A stretch of 59,489 nucleotides of DNA, taken from the NCBI RefSeq assembly GCF_032062105.1, contig NW_026937605.1, positions 1 through 59,489 of the forward strand, in the 5' to 3' direction. Each line of letters opens with the position of its first letter. Position 1 is the stretch's first letter. The translations under genes were made by a program, and so were the position numbers. Below are positions 46,553 to 59,489 of the stretch, piece by piece. This DNA comes from Saccostrea cucullata (lineage: Eukaryota). Under the pieces are notes generated by a model, which ran no database searches, was not told the origin of the DNA, and saw only the letters and a list, made by a program, of their open reading frames with translations.

Positions 46553-46947
46553 AATTAAAATTTCGATACGGCACTAATCTTTCAGAATATATAGAAGTTT
46601 TTTTCTTTTTAAATATGATTTTTCCCCCGTTTTCATATATGAGTAGGATCAGGTTATTTAAAAACGACCACAAGTTGGGGGATCTAGATTTAAAGGGATC
46701 ATCTACATCTCAAAGATCCTCCCCAGTACCATCTTTCCTAAAAAAAAATCTGGTGTAATCCTTGAGAAATTCTTTGTGTTTATTTTTCTGTGCATACAGT
46801 ATGTATTTTGTATTAAATTCCAGAAGCCATTATAACTGGCTAAATATTACATGTTTTCAATCGATCGATGAAATGCCCCGCCTACTCCGAATATTAATGT
46901 GACACAATTAAAACCCAACTCGGACAAGCGCAGCATTCCGGAATTAA

Positions 46948-48294
46948 GGTAACGGGATGTTTCGCGCCGATGCATGGTTCGCACCGCGATGTTTCGCGCC
47001 TATTCTGTTTCGCGCTGAGATGGTTCGCCCCGCGATGTTTCGCTCCCAGAACATGAAATGTATGCTATTTATTTCGTTCGTTTTGAAAAAATAAATAAAT
47101 AAAAATTTATCATGTCAGTTAATATTGATGTAAGTATCGAAATTTTGTAGAATATTTATTAATATTTTGATTGTAGAAGTTTATTTGAAGTACTTAGTCT
47201 AATTGTTTATTATTTTTACACTGATAATTATGTTCATAGTAGTTACTTTAGCATACCCCCATCTAATTAAGTAATTCCGTAATTATTGCCGGCTTGGGGA
47301 ACCTATCAACTTATAATTTGCTGGCTTGGAGAAATACAACATTTTCTGTATAATATCATGAATTACATATTGTAAAAGTATTTCAAATGAAAATAAATAA
47401 AAAAAAATCTTATTTCATGTAAAATTCATTGAAACTTCAATTCTTAATAATTAAGAATATATTAACTTCAGATCTGTGTCTATGCACCTATTAAAAAAAG
47501 TTGGTGATCTAGATTGTATAAATCAAATGTCCCTTTTGCATACGCATAAATGCTGAAAACTTTTAATTCTTTCAAATTTTATTTCATCATTTCAATGTTA
47601 AAATATTTTATTGATTTGTTTAAATGAAAACAATTAGGTTTTTTTGAATGAAAATTGATTTCTGACTCCTGTGAACATTAAATAATTGGTAAAATAAATA
47701 AAATGTATACAGTAAGGGGGTTGTCATCTTTTTTGGAACATAATATTGATTAATAATACTGATTGTAAAATTGATAAAATCAGATTCATGTATCATGTAA
47801 AACCAGAAAAAAAAAATTGGCCATTTATAAAGCCAAGTTTATCGACTAAGAAAATATGTTTATAGCTCATTAAATTTTACAATCAAACTTCCTGGTGGAT
47901 TATTCTATACACAAGTTCTCATTAACAAAAATTATATTTTTTCAAGTTCACGCAGATAATTGCTGTACGACTTTATAATTGCTGTAATAAATTAATTCTC
48001 ACCTTTTGATCTCCAACTAATTACAACTAAATAGCTGAACACACACGCTGAGCAAACGGGCGCCATATCAAAATTTACGATCCGTTACCTGTGGCACCGC
48101 ATATTATAAAGTCATGATTCTGAGCATACAACACTTATTTATATCTAAGATTTAATAGATGGTCTTAAATTATTACAAAATAAATGAAATATTAAAAAAA
48201 AGAGGGGAGATGTTTCGCACCGAAATCGGCGCGAATCATCCTGGCGCGAAACATCGCAGTGCGAAACAGAATCGGCGCGAAACATCCCGGATTC
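46948..48294. mobile_element. Non-autonomous TIR element with 9-bp TSD (MULE-like)
   Basis: Termini GGTAACGGGATGTTTCGCGCC / GGCGCGAAACATCCCGGATTC with GTTTCGC sub-terminal repeats. CGGAATTAA at 46939-46947 and 48295-48303. Confidence 0.85.
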
Positions 48295-48543
48295 CGGAAT
48301 TAACACCCAGTACATGGCTTTTTAAATTACCATTTATAAAATATAATGCGCCGTTTTTAGTTTGAATTTTTGCAAGTGATATACCACAAAGATAACAAAG
48401 TATGAGTTAGGTGTAAAATTATTACGATTTGAGTTAATAAACCTTTTCGCGATAATTCTCACACATGCGCATAAATGCTTCCGGACGGCAACATCCGCAT
48501 TCCTGTGATATTGACATTAGGCTTAGCAACACTGTCAACAATA

Positions 48544-51164
48544 ATGTCAAAGCGCGAAAATTTGAACAAATTAAAGGTAAATTCGCTAAAAGAAATAGCT
48601 CGCGATCAAGGAATAGAAATTAAGAAGAAGAAAAAAGAAGATCTAATTAGAGAAATTTTGACTAGCCAAGTGCCATTGATCGACTTAACACCGGTGACCA
48701 AGTCTAAAGAAGTCCTAGCAGAATGTATCTCACCTGCAACAGGAGAAAACGAGAATTTGCCACCTTATAACGCTGTACATTACAAGATACATGACCAGTC
48801 ACAGATTCCAACCATTTCATTTTCTGATATATATAACTTCATGATTCTGAGACCCAAATCGACAGGATCAGGAGGTAGTGTGAACAATTTTAAGGGGTTG
48901 GACAGAGCAGTGAAACATTTTGAAGCTGGCCATGTCCAGGAGATTAGCGTGTCAGAGGTAAACAAACAAGGGTTTTGTTCTGTTAAAGACATAGATCTAA
49001 ATCCAGTACTCCTTTTCAGTGATAAGTGCACATAGTTAATTATTTCTGTCGAAATTCTGCTACAGTAAGTATTTTATTTTTATAATTTAATAGTGGTGCT
49101 CATTTGTACTTATTAAGTATAATATGTTCATTTTCATATTTGTAAATGTTAGAATTAATAAATTGTGTTATTGTTACAATGTTGCTGGTATGTTTAAAAT
49201 ACTCTCTATTTGATTTTTAGATAAATACTACTATTATATACATCAGTGCCAAGTGCCAGGCTTCGATGAAGAAGCACCAATACCAAGTTTACATATGTTT
49301 GTCTAGGAATGGACAGTCTGTGACTAACATACATCATGGATATTGTCAGTGTCCTGTGGGGTATGCATATTTTCAGAGTTTTATGCAGACAATTTTTTTT
49401 TACTTCATTGATTATAACTTGATCTAAAATCTATGATATTTTTAAAATAGGCTAGGCCAGAGCTGTAGCCACATTGGGAGTTTACTCTTTGCGCTGAGTC
49501 ATATCAAGCCCCAGGAAAGCTGCACAAGTAAGCCCTGCAAATGGGTAGTACCCAAAGGAAGATCTAAAAAACCCACTGGTAAGTAAATTTTTTTATAGTC
49601 AGATTGTTAACAGATAACAAAAAACATATGAACTTTGAAGCTCTTTAACTGGCAAGTAACATAAAACCAATATAAACAGGTCCATTAGAAACCTTGAGGT
49701 CAAAAGCAGATAAAATGGACACTGAAACCAGTGATATAGAGGATGCTTCATTTGACCCTCGCCATACCACAGACAGAGACTTCGACATAAATACTACATT
49801 GCTTCAACTGAGAAATTTAAAGGATATTTTCCCAAGTACAGGTACAGCTAGGTTTAAGAAGGAAAATGTGAGAAAACAAATTTTTAAATGCCGAATTACA
49901 ATTTACTTAAAACGTGATACAAACATACTCCAGACTTTTAATTTCTATGATTCTCATGTTATTGAACAAAATGAAAATTCAGGTATGAGCCATTTGTGGA
50001 ACATCCCAGATGATGCCCCTGTAGCTGAGAGGGAGATTGAGGTGGAGACATATGAGGATCCATTGGAAATGGCATCCAAAGCATTGATCTTGTCAAATGA
50101 GAACTGTAAGAAAAAATAGGAATTACATTGTATATAAGAAAATATCTTTTATATGTTTCATGAACATTAGATTCATTCATATACATATCATTACAGTGCC
50201 AATCCCAATTTCAATTGACGAAAATTTGAGCGCCTATGTTGAAGAAAGAACTAAAGGTCAAAGAAAATGTTCTCTTTGGACCGAACTACGCAAAGGAAGA
50301 ATTACGAGTTCTCTTTTCGGAGCTGTTTTACATGCTGGACCTAACCCACGTAGTCTTGTGGACCAAATTATACATGGATCCAGTTTACAAAGGTTTAATG
50401 GAAATTAAAATATTAATAAAATATTAAATATATAAATAAAAATAATTGTAAAAATTCACATTAAACAAATTAATTCAGCATTTCAACCAATTTATATTTT
50501 TAAATATTAATTATTCTATACATCACAGGTATCAGACGCTTCCTCGTCCAGTCCAGTGGGGTGTGGACCATGAGGAAGAAGCGGTCAGAGACTACCTGAC
50601 ACTGCAGAATGCTGTCTCTGATGTAACAGTGGAGGCTGCAGGGCTCACTATTTATCCATCCCATGCCTTTTTAGGTGCCAGCAGTGATGGGTGGATTTGT
50701 GACAAGTCTATGCCACTGGGGAGTCAAAGAGGGGTACTTGAGATTAAGTGCCCGTACTCAATCTCTAATGAAATAATTGTAGAAAAAGAGGTATTTTTCA
50801 TATTACATTGTATTAATGTCTTTCATTTTGTCAGTTTTAAAGTTAACATAATTTTTTTAACATTTTGTTTATACTATTTATATAGGTCCATGAGCTAGCC
50901 GGAAAAGAGGGGTTCTGTCTGGAGAATACACCCGAAGGACCGCGTTTGAACCGTAGCCACAAGTACTATGCTCAGATCCAAGGAGAGATGGCAATAATGG
51001 GGTGTCCTTGGGGTGATTTTGTTGTTTGGACAGCTGCCAAGGACAGCAACTGTTTTATAGAGAGAATTGATTTCGACTCAGAGTTCTGTACTCGTATGAT
51101 GCCAAAACTAGTTGAATTTTTTGTTCACCACATCTTGCCTTTTTATAAATGTACTGAGAATTAA
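48544..51164 (+). CDS. SWIM zinc finger plus YqaJ/lambda-exonuclease (PD-(D/E)XK) protein of ISL2EU, 8 exons, 567 aa
   Basis: Exons 48544-48957, 49221-49360, 49451-49578, 49680-49841, 49983-50105, 50197-50392, 50529-50790 and 50886-51164 are phase-compatible. Motifs: CQCPVG..CSH (SWIM), SCTS..CKW, TKGQ..W..RKGRITSS, WG..HE, GASSDG, EIKCPY, YYAQIQGEM. Confidence 0.9.
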
Positions 51165-52848
51165 TTCACTTCCTGAGCCAATGGCTAATGTGAGCATTAC
51201 CTAATGATCAAAAAGTGTTCAGCTTCTGTCATCTGTAGACATTTGTTCACATTTTTGAATTTTTCTCCATCCACTGGGTGAGTTACTTGCCTTATTAAAG
51301 GATCCTTGGGTAAAGGGGAGATAATTAAGAATTAGTGTTGATTAGGGGGTATCAAAGTAATGCAGAAATATAAAGGAAATGTCTTTTAAAATCTTTTTTT
51401 CAAGAATAGCAAATGCATGATAATTAAGTCATATTAATCCAGGTAGTGTAGATTTAAGTATAGTTTTAAGTTCAAGTATATGGTAAGACATGCATAGATT
51501 ATTGTAAAAAAAAAATCACATTTGCACCTATATATAGTAAAAGTGAAAGAAAGGAAAATCAATATGGAATCAGGTTATATTTATTTTTCAATGTAATTTT
51601 TTTTCACATTACTCACATTCCTTGCTGTTATGGATTTTTTTGTAACATAAATTCAAATTTGATTTAAAAGAACAAAATATTATTTATTTTCATACATTTA
51701 AATCTGTTCAACTTCATAGACTGCATGAGTATGTAGTATACTGTTCAAAACATATGGTATCTGCTAAAAGTATAAATGAGATCAACATATAACACAAAAA
51801 TAATTTAAAGAAAAATTGAGTTTTATGACCTTTTAAATTTTACTCTCTGTCAGTATGATTAATCCATAATTTTTGTGTAGAACATTTTTTAGGTACCTTA
51901 AATATAAACAAAACCTCCTATACTCAAAATATTTTGAACACAGTAATTCAATCATTTGGAATTATAACAACCAGCAACACCAATTGCAAGTTTATATTAT
52001 GTCAAAATGTATTCTAAAAATTTTGTTTTGTGTAATTTTTAACATTTCATTCCAGAAACCAATGCCATCCAATGGCATGTAATTCATTGGGCTTTTCCAT
52101 TTTAAAATACAAAATGATTTAAAGGCATCATTTCAATCATAAGATTTTTCTCACAATAGGTACTTCAGAACCAATAGAGAAATGGACATTATTTTGTGTA
52201 CATCAAAGAATTTCCAGATAATATCAATAGGTTGATAAGGCTCTCTTGAATTATATAGTTTATAAAACATAGCTTTTATTATGGTTTTTTGTACAGGTTA
52301 GGATATACAGGCGGTGGATGAACCTTTTTGTAAGAACATTATACAAATACATATGTATACTGAAAGCCTTTTTATAACATTGTTATGCAAAAATTAAAAT
52401 TGAAGAGTTGCTCCCCTTTAGACATCTCATTCAGTTTATAGAAGAAAATATTAAATACTGGTTACATTACTTATGATACCAAATAATGTTAACATGTATG
52501 AGTGATTTCTTAACTATTTTCAAAATATCTTTAAAAGTAACACAAATTGTGAAATTGGCAATTCAAGAGATTTTCAAAATAATTACAGGATACTCTAGTC
52601 TACTCTGATATCTCCATTGTAGGAATGCCTGGCAAGATGCCTCATATTTTGTGAGGAATCTTCTTTCTTTGTGTGAAAGTTACAATTTAATAATTCAATG
52701 ACAAGCTGTCTTGAGAAAAATTTTATATTAGTGTGAAAATTGTTGTCAATATCTAAAATGAATATACATCATATATCTAGACTAAGTGTATTCCAATTAA
52801 AATTTGATACATTGAATTTTGTTATACATTGTATATAGCAATGACAAA

Positions 52849-55800
52849 TTAGTTATTTACCAGAGGAACATCAAGATTTGTGAGCCAACATACAACTTGA
52901 AACATTTTGGTCAAAAGAGGCTTAAGAGTAAGTGGCATAACACCATCAAAGATATGAAAATTCTTTACTCTGCCTATGCTTCTCTCAACATGAATACGCA
53001 GAGAAGCGATATCTTGGGTTTCAAAAACTTCATCCGTAGAGAACTGTGGTGCACTTCCTCTAAAGGGTGGAATGTTTAACTTGCATTTCTTTTTCTCCAA
53101 CAAATCCCTAATGGTAAAACCTTTATCAGCCATAACACTATCATTTTCATCTAACAATTCAATTAAACCTGAAGATATTGTGAGTTCTCTATCAGATGTT
53201 TTTCCAGGCCAACCTTCAGATACAAATGTTATAACTCCAGATGGACTAATACCAATCAAAAATTTGGCAGTGGTATGGTGCTTGTAATTTGAAAAAGTTA
53301 AACTTTGGGTGTCAAGACGAGATGATTTTTGTATAAAAATTTCTGTACAATCTATGATAACTCGAACTGAAGGATATCTGATTTTAAATGAAGATGGCAT
53401 AGTTCTTTGAATAATATCTCGAGACGGGAAAGGGTTTAAACATTTCAATTCTTGCCACAGTAGACAGATCCATGTAGAAAAATATTTTGAAAAAGTACCC
53501 TCTGAAATTTGAAATCGTTCAGCAATATCGCTGGTCAAGAGTCCAACCTTCAGTCTAATAAGAACTGCAAACATCTGATCGATGTAATCCAATGCCCCTG
53601 CTGATGCTCTCTTGCGGTCAGAAGAAATATCTGTGCTTGTCCCTAGCCAATACTTCATTTTCTCTGCCTTTGGTTTTAGAAAGCTAAAAGCATGCAAAAA
53701 ATTTTGTCAGTACATGTACATGCAATTTCATAAAATTATGAAAAAAAAGTTAAAAAACTGATAATAAACCCCATCGTCTCAAGCCACGGTCCGGAGTCCG
53801 CATATATAGCTATCTCCTACCCGTGGCTGCTTGATCACAAAAAGAGTCATATTCTTGAATATTTAAATTTACGCCTCTCTATTGTGATGTCATATTCAGT
53901 CAGTGGCCAATACTGTTTCCATCGCAAATGAAATCAACAAATGATGTCAACAGTATACAAGACATATTTCCTATACTGCGATTGGATATTGAAAGGTCGC
54001 AATAAAGTTCATCATCCGACTATGCTTTACTCGCATTGGTCAATATTTTAATGAGCTACAAAGAATTCTTTCCTCGTTCAACCAAGGCCAGAATGGGAGA
54101 GGATATCGTACATTTTGGCCGTGGTTTGTGACGATGAATAAATCTTTGCAGAAGTAATAGTAAATTTTTATACATGTTATAAACATACCTGAATAGCCAC
54201 ATGAATACAGCAAATGTTGGAAGTCCAGTATAAAAGCGGGTCTTGGAATCATCATCTGTAATTTTCTGGAAACTCCATTTATGTTTCTTCACTTCTATTT
54301 GGAGGTCTTTCACCTGTTTCTTTAATGAGTCATTTTCTGCCATCAAAGGGTCAGTGTCACACTGCATACCTATGGTCAGTCATGAAAAACATGTTTAAAA
54401 GAAGTGTAAAAATGCCTTGTGAAATTATTGTTATATAAGGGCAAACATTAAAGCCATATATGGCGTAACTGATCAAAAAAATATATTTTTGAAAAATACA
54501 AAATTAAGTGAAGAAATTTAGTTAATACATTTAAATTAAAACTTTCGTACAATTCTGAACACGGAGAACACCTCGTTTCAACTAAAAATACGATTTTATC
54601 TTCTCTGTAATGTGTTATTTAAATATTTTGTATTTTCTTCCGAGTCGGAGAAAATTCCGAGAATCCAAATTAAATTGTGATATGTTTATAACGCAATTGA
54701 CATAGATTTTGTAATTTACGGAAAAGTTCTATCTTTATTTAAAGTAATGATACAAATATTAAGTTCTTATAATTTTAGTCTTATAATTTTCATTGTACAT
54801 ACGCCATATATGGCTTTAATGTAAATATATACTGTATACAGGGTTATTTTTCGCCCCGTGTTATTTTTGCCCTTTCACATTTGGAAAGAAGTTTGCCCGG
54901 GCATTTTAAAATTGCTCAGAAAGATTTTTTTAAGATATTATACTATTTTAATACTATAAACCTAATGTATATTAGTTTTGTGTATCTTTTTCCTTCTTTT
55001 GAATTTTTTTTCCAACTAATATAGAGGAATGTGTCAAATAAGAATAATAGATATCCTCAAAATAGAAAATTTATTTTATATTAAAACTTAGCTCTTTACC
55101 TTTCTCTTTGAAAGTCTTGATGTTAACATCATCTACAGGTAAATCTATGCAAGAGCTGTCTGTAAAAGGTGGGATATCTTCATTTGTTGTTCCTTGGTGA
55201 CAATAGCTGTGAGAAAACAAGCTAAACCTGAGATGCTGCTGTAGAGTCTGTGTTTCTCTTTCCTCTTGCTCATTTAACTCCTGTTTAAAGGAAAGATTTA
55301 TGAATTTGCAGTTGTTGGAAGAATAAAGACATATAATCATGGGAATATAAAAATATTTGATCAATGTGAATTACTATGTAAAATTTTTCCCCAGGAGGTA
55401 GTGGGGTAATAATGCTTGTGGTCTAGTCATACTTTTGGAGTTAGACAAGAGTTGTGGAGTGTGTATATTAGCAAGGTCCAGGGATTAAACTACAAGCTTT
55501 AACAAATTTTAACTATCAGTAATAGTAATTTAAAAAAAACATATTTGACAACATTAATTAGTGTTATTTCAAGTATATAACCTGTAAGAATTAGGTAAAT
55601 AGTATGGTGTCTGATAAATTTTAAATGTCTAAATATGTTTACTAGTATGTGGTACTACATAATTATATTGTGCAAGATGCACTCACACTTTGACCCTTTA
55701 TAATTGCAACAATATACTTAATTAAATGTACATGATTGTATAATTAAGTAAAAATAAAAGGAGAGATTTCAGAAAATAAAAAACACATTAGGTAAGGGAT

Positions 55801-56253
55801 AAGATAATGAATTATTTACAATTAAATAGGGCAACAAAGAACCTTTAGACAGTATCCATACATCATAGTGAGCCCATTTAGCTCTAAACAAAGTACTCAA
55901 TAATGAACTTATTAATTAAGTAAACTTATTCATAAATTCACCTGAAGTAAATTTCTTTTGCTATGTCTGGCATTGCGGGCAGTCTCCGACTTCGACTTTG
56001 GCTTTATTTTATATTTAAATAAGGTTGGACGATAGTTCTCATCTGCAGGGTCGTCACTGTGCCATGATTCCACAAAATGTTCGGAACAAACCCTGCTGTA
56101 CTCATTTGGAGACCAGTTATCTCTATTGATGGCCCCAATCCAAGCTGCTCTCTTCTTCCTGTCTTTAGGGAAGCGAAAAAAACTCACACCTTTCTCTTTG
56201 GTTTTACTTCCTTGTCTGTTAGAACATTTAAAAACGACGCATTGTATTACCAT
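52849..56253 (-). CDS. THAP-domain Harbinger-type DDE transposase of ISL2EU, 4 exons, 502 aa
   Basis: Exons 56253-55942, 55280-55100, 54369-54189 and 53683-52849 are phase-compatible. THAP motif CVVFKC..FPKD..W..VCSEHF, then FYTGLP, IDCTE (D), YKHHTT, ADKGF (D) and RIHVERSIG (E). Confidence 0.92.
53772..54136. mobile_element. MITE in a transposase intron (CAT..ATG termini)
   Basis: CATCGTCTCAAGCCACGG / CCGTGGTTTGTGACGATG. Flanks AATAAACC(C) and AATAAATC are an imperfect duplication. Confidence 0.7.
54452..54815. mobile_element. Non-autonomous Kolobok-like MITE
   Basis: Perfect TIR AGCCATATATGGCGTA / TACGCCATATATGGCT with TTAA on both sides. Confidence 0.85.
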
Positions 56254-57669
56254 TGTTTACGTTGCTAATGTAAACTCTGGAATGCCGTCCGGAAACATTT
56301 ATACGCATGCGCTAAAAACAGGACCGCAGTTAACGTGAAAAGGCTTATTAGATAAAGTTACAGGTGTCCAAAAAAGGGGCAACGGCACTATATATGCTTA
56401 AGTGGAAACATTCTTTCCCTAGGCAGGGACATACATGTTTAGGACTGGGTGTTAAAACATTTGTTTCTCATTGTAATATACTGTCATGTCACCTTATAAT
56501 TCATTTACTTACATCACTTTGATATAAAATATTATATCAGAATTAAACAGTGACAGTGGTACACATTTTAAATTGTTATTCATAGCATTTCTGAACTTGT
56601 CTTAACTGATACACATGTATAACATCAATTAATATGTATTATGCTATCAGAATTCCAGTTGGCAGCAACAGAATCACTTGTCTTTTTAAAAACTCAGCAT
56701 AACATACACATAAAGTCAACACATGCATATGATTAATCACTGATATATCAAATGTTGATGCTTAGACATCCATTAATCCAAAATGGTGCCTTAATTAAGC
56801 TTAGCCTCATCAGTATCACCTCTCAGACTTTTTTCAATGCTCTGATGACAAAAAATCTTTAAAAATTTCAATAATGGTTTGTCTTAGTATAAATAATACA
56901 CAAACAATCCTGATGGTTTTTTTTTTCATCTGCTGTTTTCTTAATGGCAAGGGGGTCTTGTTTTTCTCAAGCTGATATGTGGATTGTAGAAGATTATTTG
57001 GTCTGCTCTGTAGACTGAAGATTCTCTCTGTTAATGATGTAGTTCTAAAACTTTACTGCACAGCTGATTTTGGTAAAATCTTTAAAATCTATAAGTATGC
57101 AACACAAATAAATGTAACAAGTGCTTCCTAATCAATTAAAAAAGAAATTTCAGAAGTATTGATTTACTTCAAATATTACTTCAAGTATATACTAATTTGC
57201 TTGGGTCTCTATAACAGCTTAAAAACATTGATGTAAAGAATAAGTGGCTCAAGAGATTTTGATGCTTTGTGGAAACATTTTCAGATACATTTCTCTTTCT
57301 CCATCATCAATTGTAAATCACCAAACTAACCGAAGCTCATATTGTGTATATATATATATATACATACACACATGTAGCCTGTTGAAATTCACTGGGACAT
57401 TCTGTTAAGACACTCGGGTGAAGATTCTTTTGTTTCCTCGTGTGTTTCCTCGTGTGCGTCATCATTGATCCTGAATTCAAACAATATTTCATTAAAAATA
57501 AATAATGGATTTGACTTGGAATTTTTTGAATGCCTTTTAAAAACAAATTAATTTACAATTAACTATCCTTAGTCTTTTTTTTCTTTTACCAACACTAAAT
57601 AAGTACCAATAATGCTCATAACAAAAATAACAATTCATGTTTCATTTTACTGAATCCTCAGACAAGTTT

Positions 57670-57868
57670 CATGCGCGGATCTAGAGGGGGGGGGTCGGGG
57701 GGGTCAGGACCCCCCTTGGAATTTACCAGGTTAAAAAATGTATATACTAAAACAAGAAAAAAGTTACAATGGACCCCCCCTGGAAAACGCTGACCCTCCC
57801 TGGTGAACATGAATATTTGTGAAATGGGTATGAAAAGTGAAAGATTTGAGGCAATAGAAGTCACCACT

Positions 57869-57901
<33 letters not shown>

Positions 57902-58044
57902 AAATAGCTTTTTGACGAGTTTAGGTTTTTTTTAATTTTTTTAATTTTTTATATTTTTTTGCTTGTCAAGAAATTTCTGGGATTGGATTCTTTTTTCTGA
58001 CTGGGGTGGACCCCCCCTGGAAAAAATTTCTGGATCCGCGCCTG
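57670..58044. mobile_element. hAT-like MITE with apparent 5-bp TSD
   Basis: CATGCGCGGATCTAGA / TCTGGATCCGCGCCTG, GGACCCCCC repeats, and AGTTT at 57665-57669 and 58045-58049. Confidence 0.8.
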
Positions 58045-59083
58045 AGTTTTCATAATTAAGCACTTTACATTGATATCTTCTTGAATAATGTATACAGGAT
58101 TTAAAACGTTATATAAGTTTTTTTCCGCTTAACATATACTTTTCTAAATCAGTAAACTTACCACTCATCTTGATACTTTAAAAGTAGTCTGCCTTTCTTG
58201 ATTACTGACACTGGTGCCTATCATGCTTATACAGTCAGTATGTCATGACCCTCAAATGCTACAAATAAGATTCAAAAAGCTATACACTAAAACAGTACAG
58301 ATACAATCACAAGCATTTTAAAGATAATTCAGAATATATTTTTGCAGCATTAACTCTTTCGAGAACCTATATTCAGTTCACCGAGTCCACTTTAGACCTG
58401 TTTAGGTCTAGTCCGAGTACTGCCTAAGTTCAAAGTTTGTAGATCACGATATTATTGTACGTGAACTTATATTGCATAATCCATATATTGTTCGCTTTAT
58501 TTTACCCCTACATTGTCACATTATCACTAACTTTGACATAAATATACCTGAAAGACTTATTGTTTTAAAGGACAGTCGTTTTCGGTCTTACACATAACAT
58601 GACTTGATCAGCTGTTTATGCACATAAACACTTACTTTTTCGTGTTTTGGACTAATAAATGAATAAATCTCACCTTGTAAATTCTTTCCGGATACCTGGT
58701 ATCATAATTACATTTGACCTGTTCATGAGACTTCACAATTTTCTGCAATACAGCAGATACGTTACGTTTAACGATGTCATCTCGCAGCATCCAACAGCTG
58801 TGTTTTGTCGGAGTTAATGGCAGACAACTTTTCCGCGAATCTGATTGGCTGTGTGGAGATAGCAACTGCGTCACCCGTGACAATGTGGAAGCGTGAATTG
58901 GTTGCTTTTGTAAAGTTTTAAGTCCCAATTGCATGCTACTTTTCTTTTCCTTTATTATAAGTACAGACCAGGAGAGCTACAGTCTTGACAGAGACTTCTG
59001 GTTTTTTTTTTATATGTTAAAAGTAAAAGTGAAATGTATAGGATTTTTGTCATGAATGAATTAACTGCTTTCTGTAACAACAG

Positions 59084-59296
59084 CATTCATCTGTCATGAA
59101 CACAGCTGACCAGCGATTGTATATGCACCAGCTTTTAATTATCTGGAGGACGAAAAGGGGATGTCTGTATTTTTGACATCCGTCAGCGACAGCTTGGACA
59201 CACCTTCCAAGCACACGATGTACCAATCAGATGTCTAGCCTTGGATCCAGAAGAGGAGTACTTTGTCACCGGGTCTGCTGAGGGAGATATGTTTAG
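59084..59296 (+). pseudogene. DMXL: Degenerate exon of DmX-like protein (Rabconnectin-3 alpha), C-terminal WD40 repeats
   Basis: FICHEHS*PAIVYAP, a frameshift, then SGGRKGDVCIFDIRQRQLGHTFQAHDVPIRCLALDPEEEYFVTGSAEGDM, which matches the DMXL1/2 C-terminus as I recall it. CAG acceptor and GTCAGT donor. TGA at 59107-59109. Confidence 0.85.
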
Positions 59297-59489
59297 GTCA
59301 GTAATGAAAGAGAATACAGAAAAGTACAAGCACCAGACAAAGATTTTAAAAAAGGTCCCCTGGAAATTACTAGTAAAGTGCTTCATCAAGGCATCCTGCC
59401 ACTGGCAATTGAACCTGGCTGACTCCCAAACCTTTTGATCAGAGACTAAAGAATTTTCTCATTAAACTTTATTTTAAACAAGAGAACAC

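Larger units (their letters stand above)
48439..56346. mobile_element. Autonomous ISL2EU (PIF/Harbinger-related) DNA transposon
   Basis: Imperfect TIR AAACCTTTTCGCGATAA versus reverse complement AAGCCTTTTCACGTTAA. Sub-terminal IR ATAAATG.TTCCGGACGGCA. 2-bp AT (or TA) flanks. Two convergent genes. Confidence 0.9.

Noticed and set aside
56900-58934. Minus-strand exon-like pieces and the 100-aa ORF at 58632-58934
   Set aside because: Stops in the candidate frames and no recognisable protein, so I could not build a gene model.

Overview
This is AT-rich eukaryotic DNA with GT-AG introns. The TRIM family, Helentron-borne satellites and SINE point to an ostreid oyster (inference). Host-gene content is small and damaged: 10 exons of VPS54 (+, 2-11810, no C-terminal exons seen), an intronless B-box/NHL TRIM (-, 12703-14396, one frameshift), a BTB-BACK pseudogene scrambled by two adjacent in-place inversions (19079-20587) and one orphan DMXL pseudo-exon (59084-59296). 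Most of the window is nested DNA transposons, three of which pair a DDE transposase with a different accessory nuclease. (i) A Kolobok with TTAA TSD encodes an apparently intact 899-aa transposase-DEDDh exonuclease fusion (21783-28689). (ii) A KolobokP-type composite element has 454-bp long terminal direct repeats and a His-Me finger endonuclease (29471-33979); it sits inside a hAT element with a 6-bp TSD. (iii) An apparently intact ISL2EU carries THAP-DDE and SWIM-YqaJ genes (48439-56346). The least explained structures are the end-spacer-start junctions inside the KolobokP, a non-coding element whose internal segment is complementary to its own joined termini, and the double inversion. All coordinates and exon phases were read by hand, and no database search was run.
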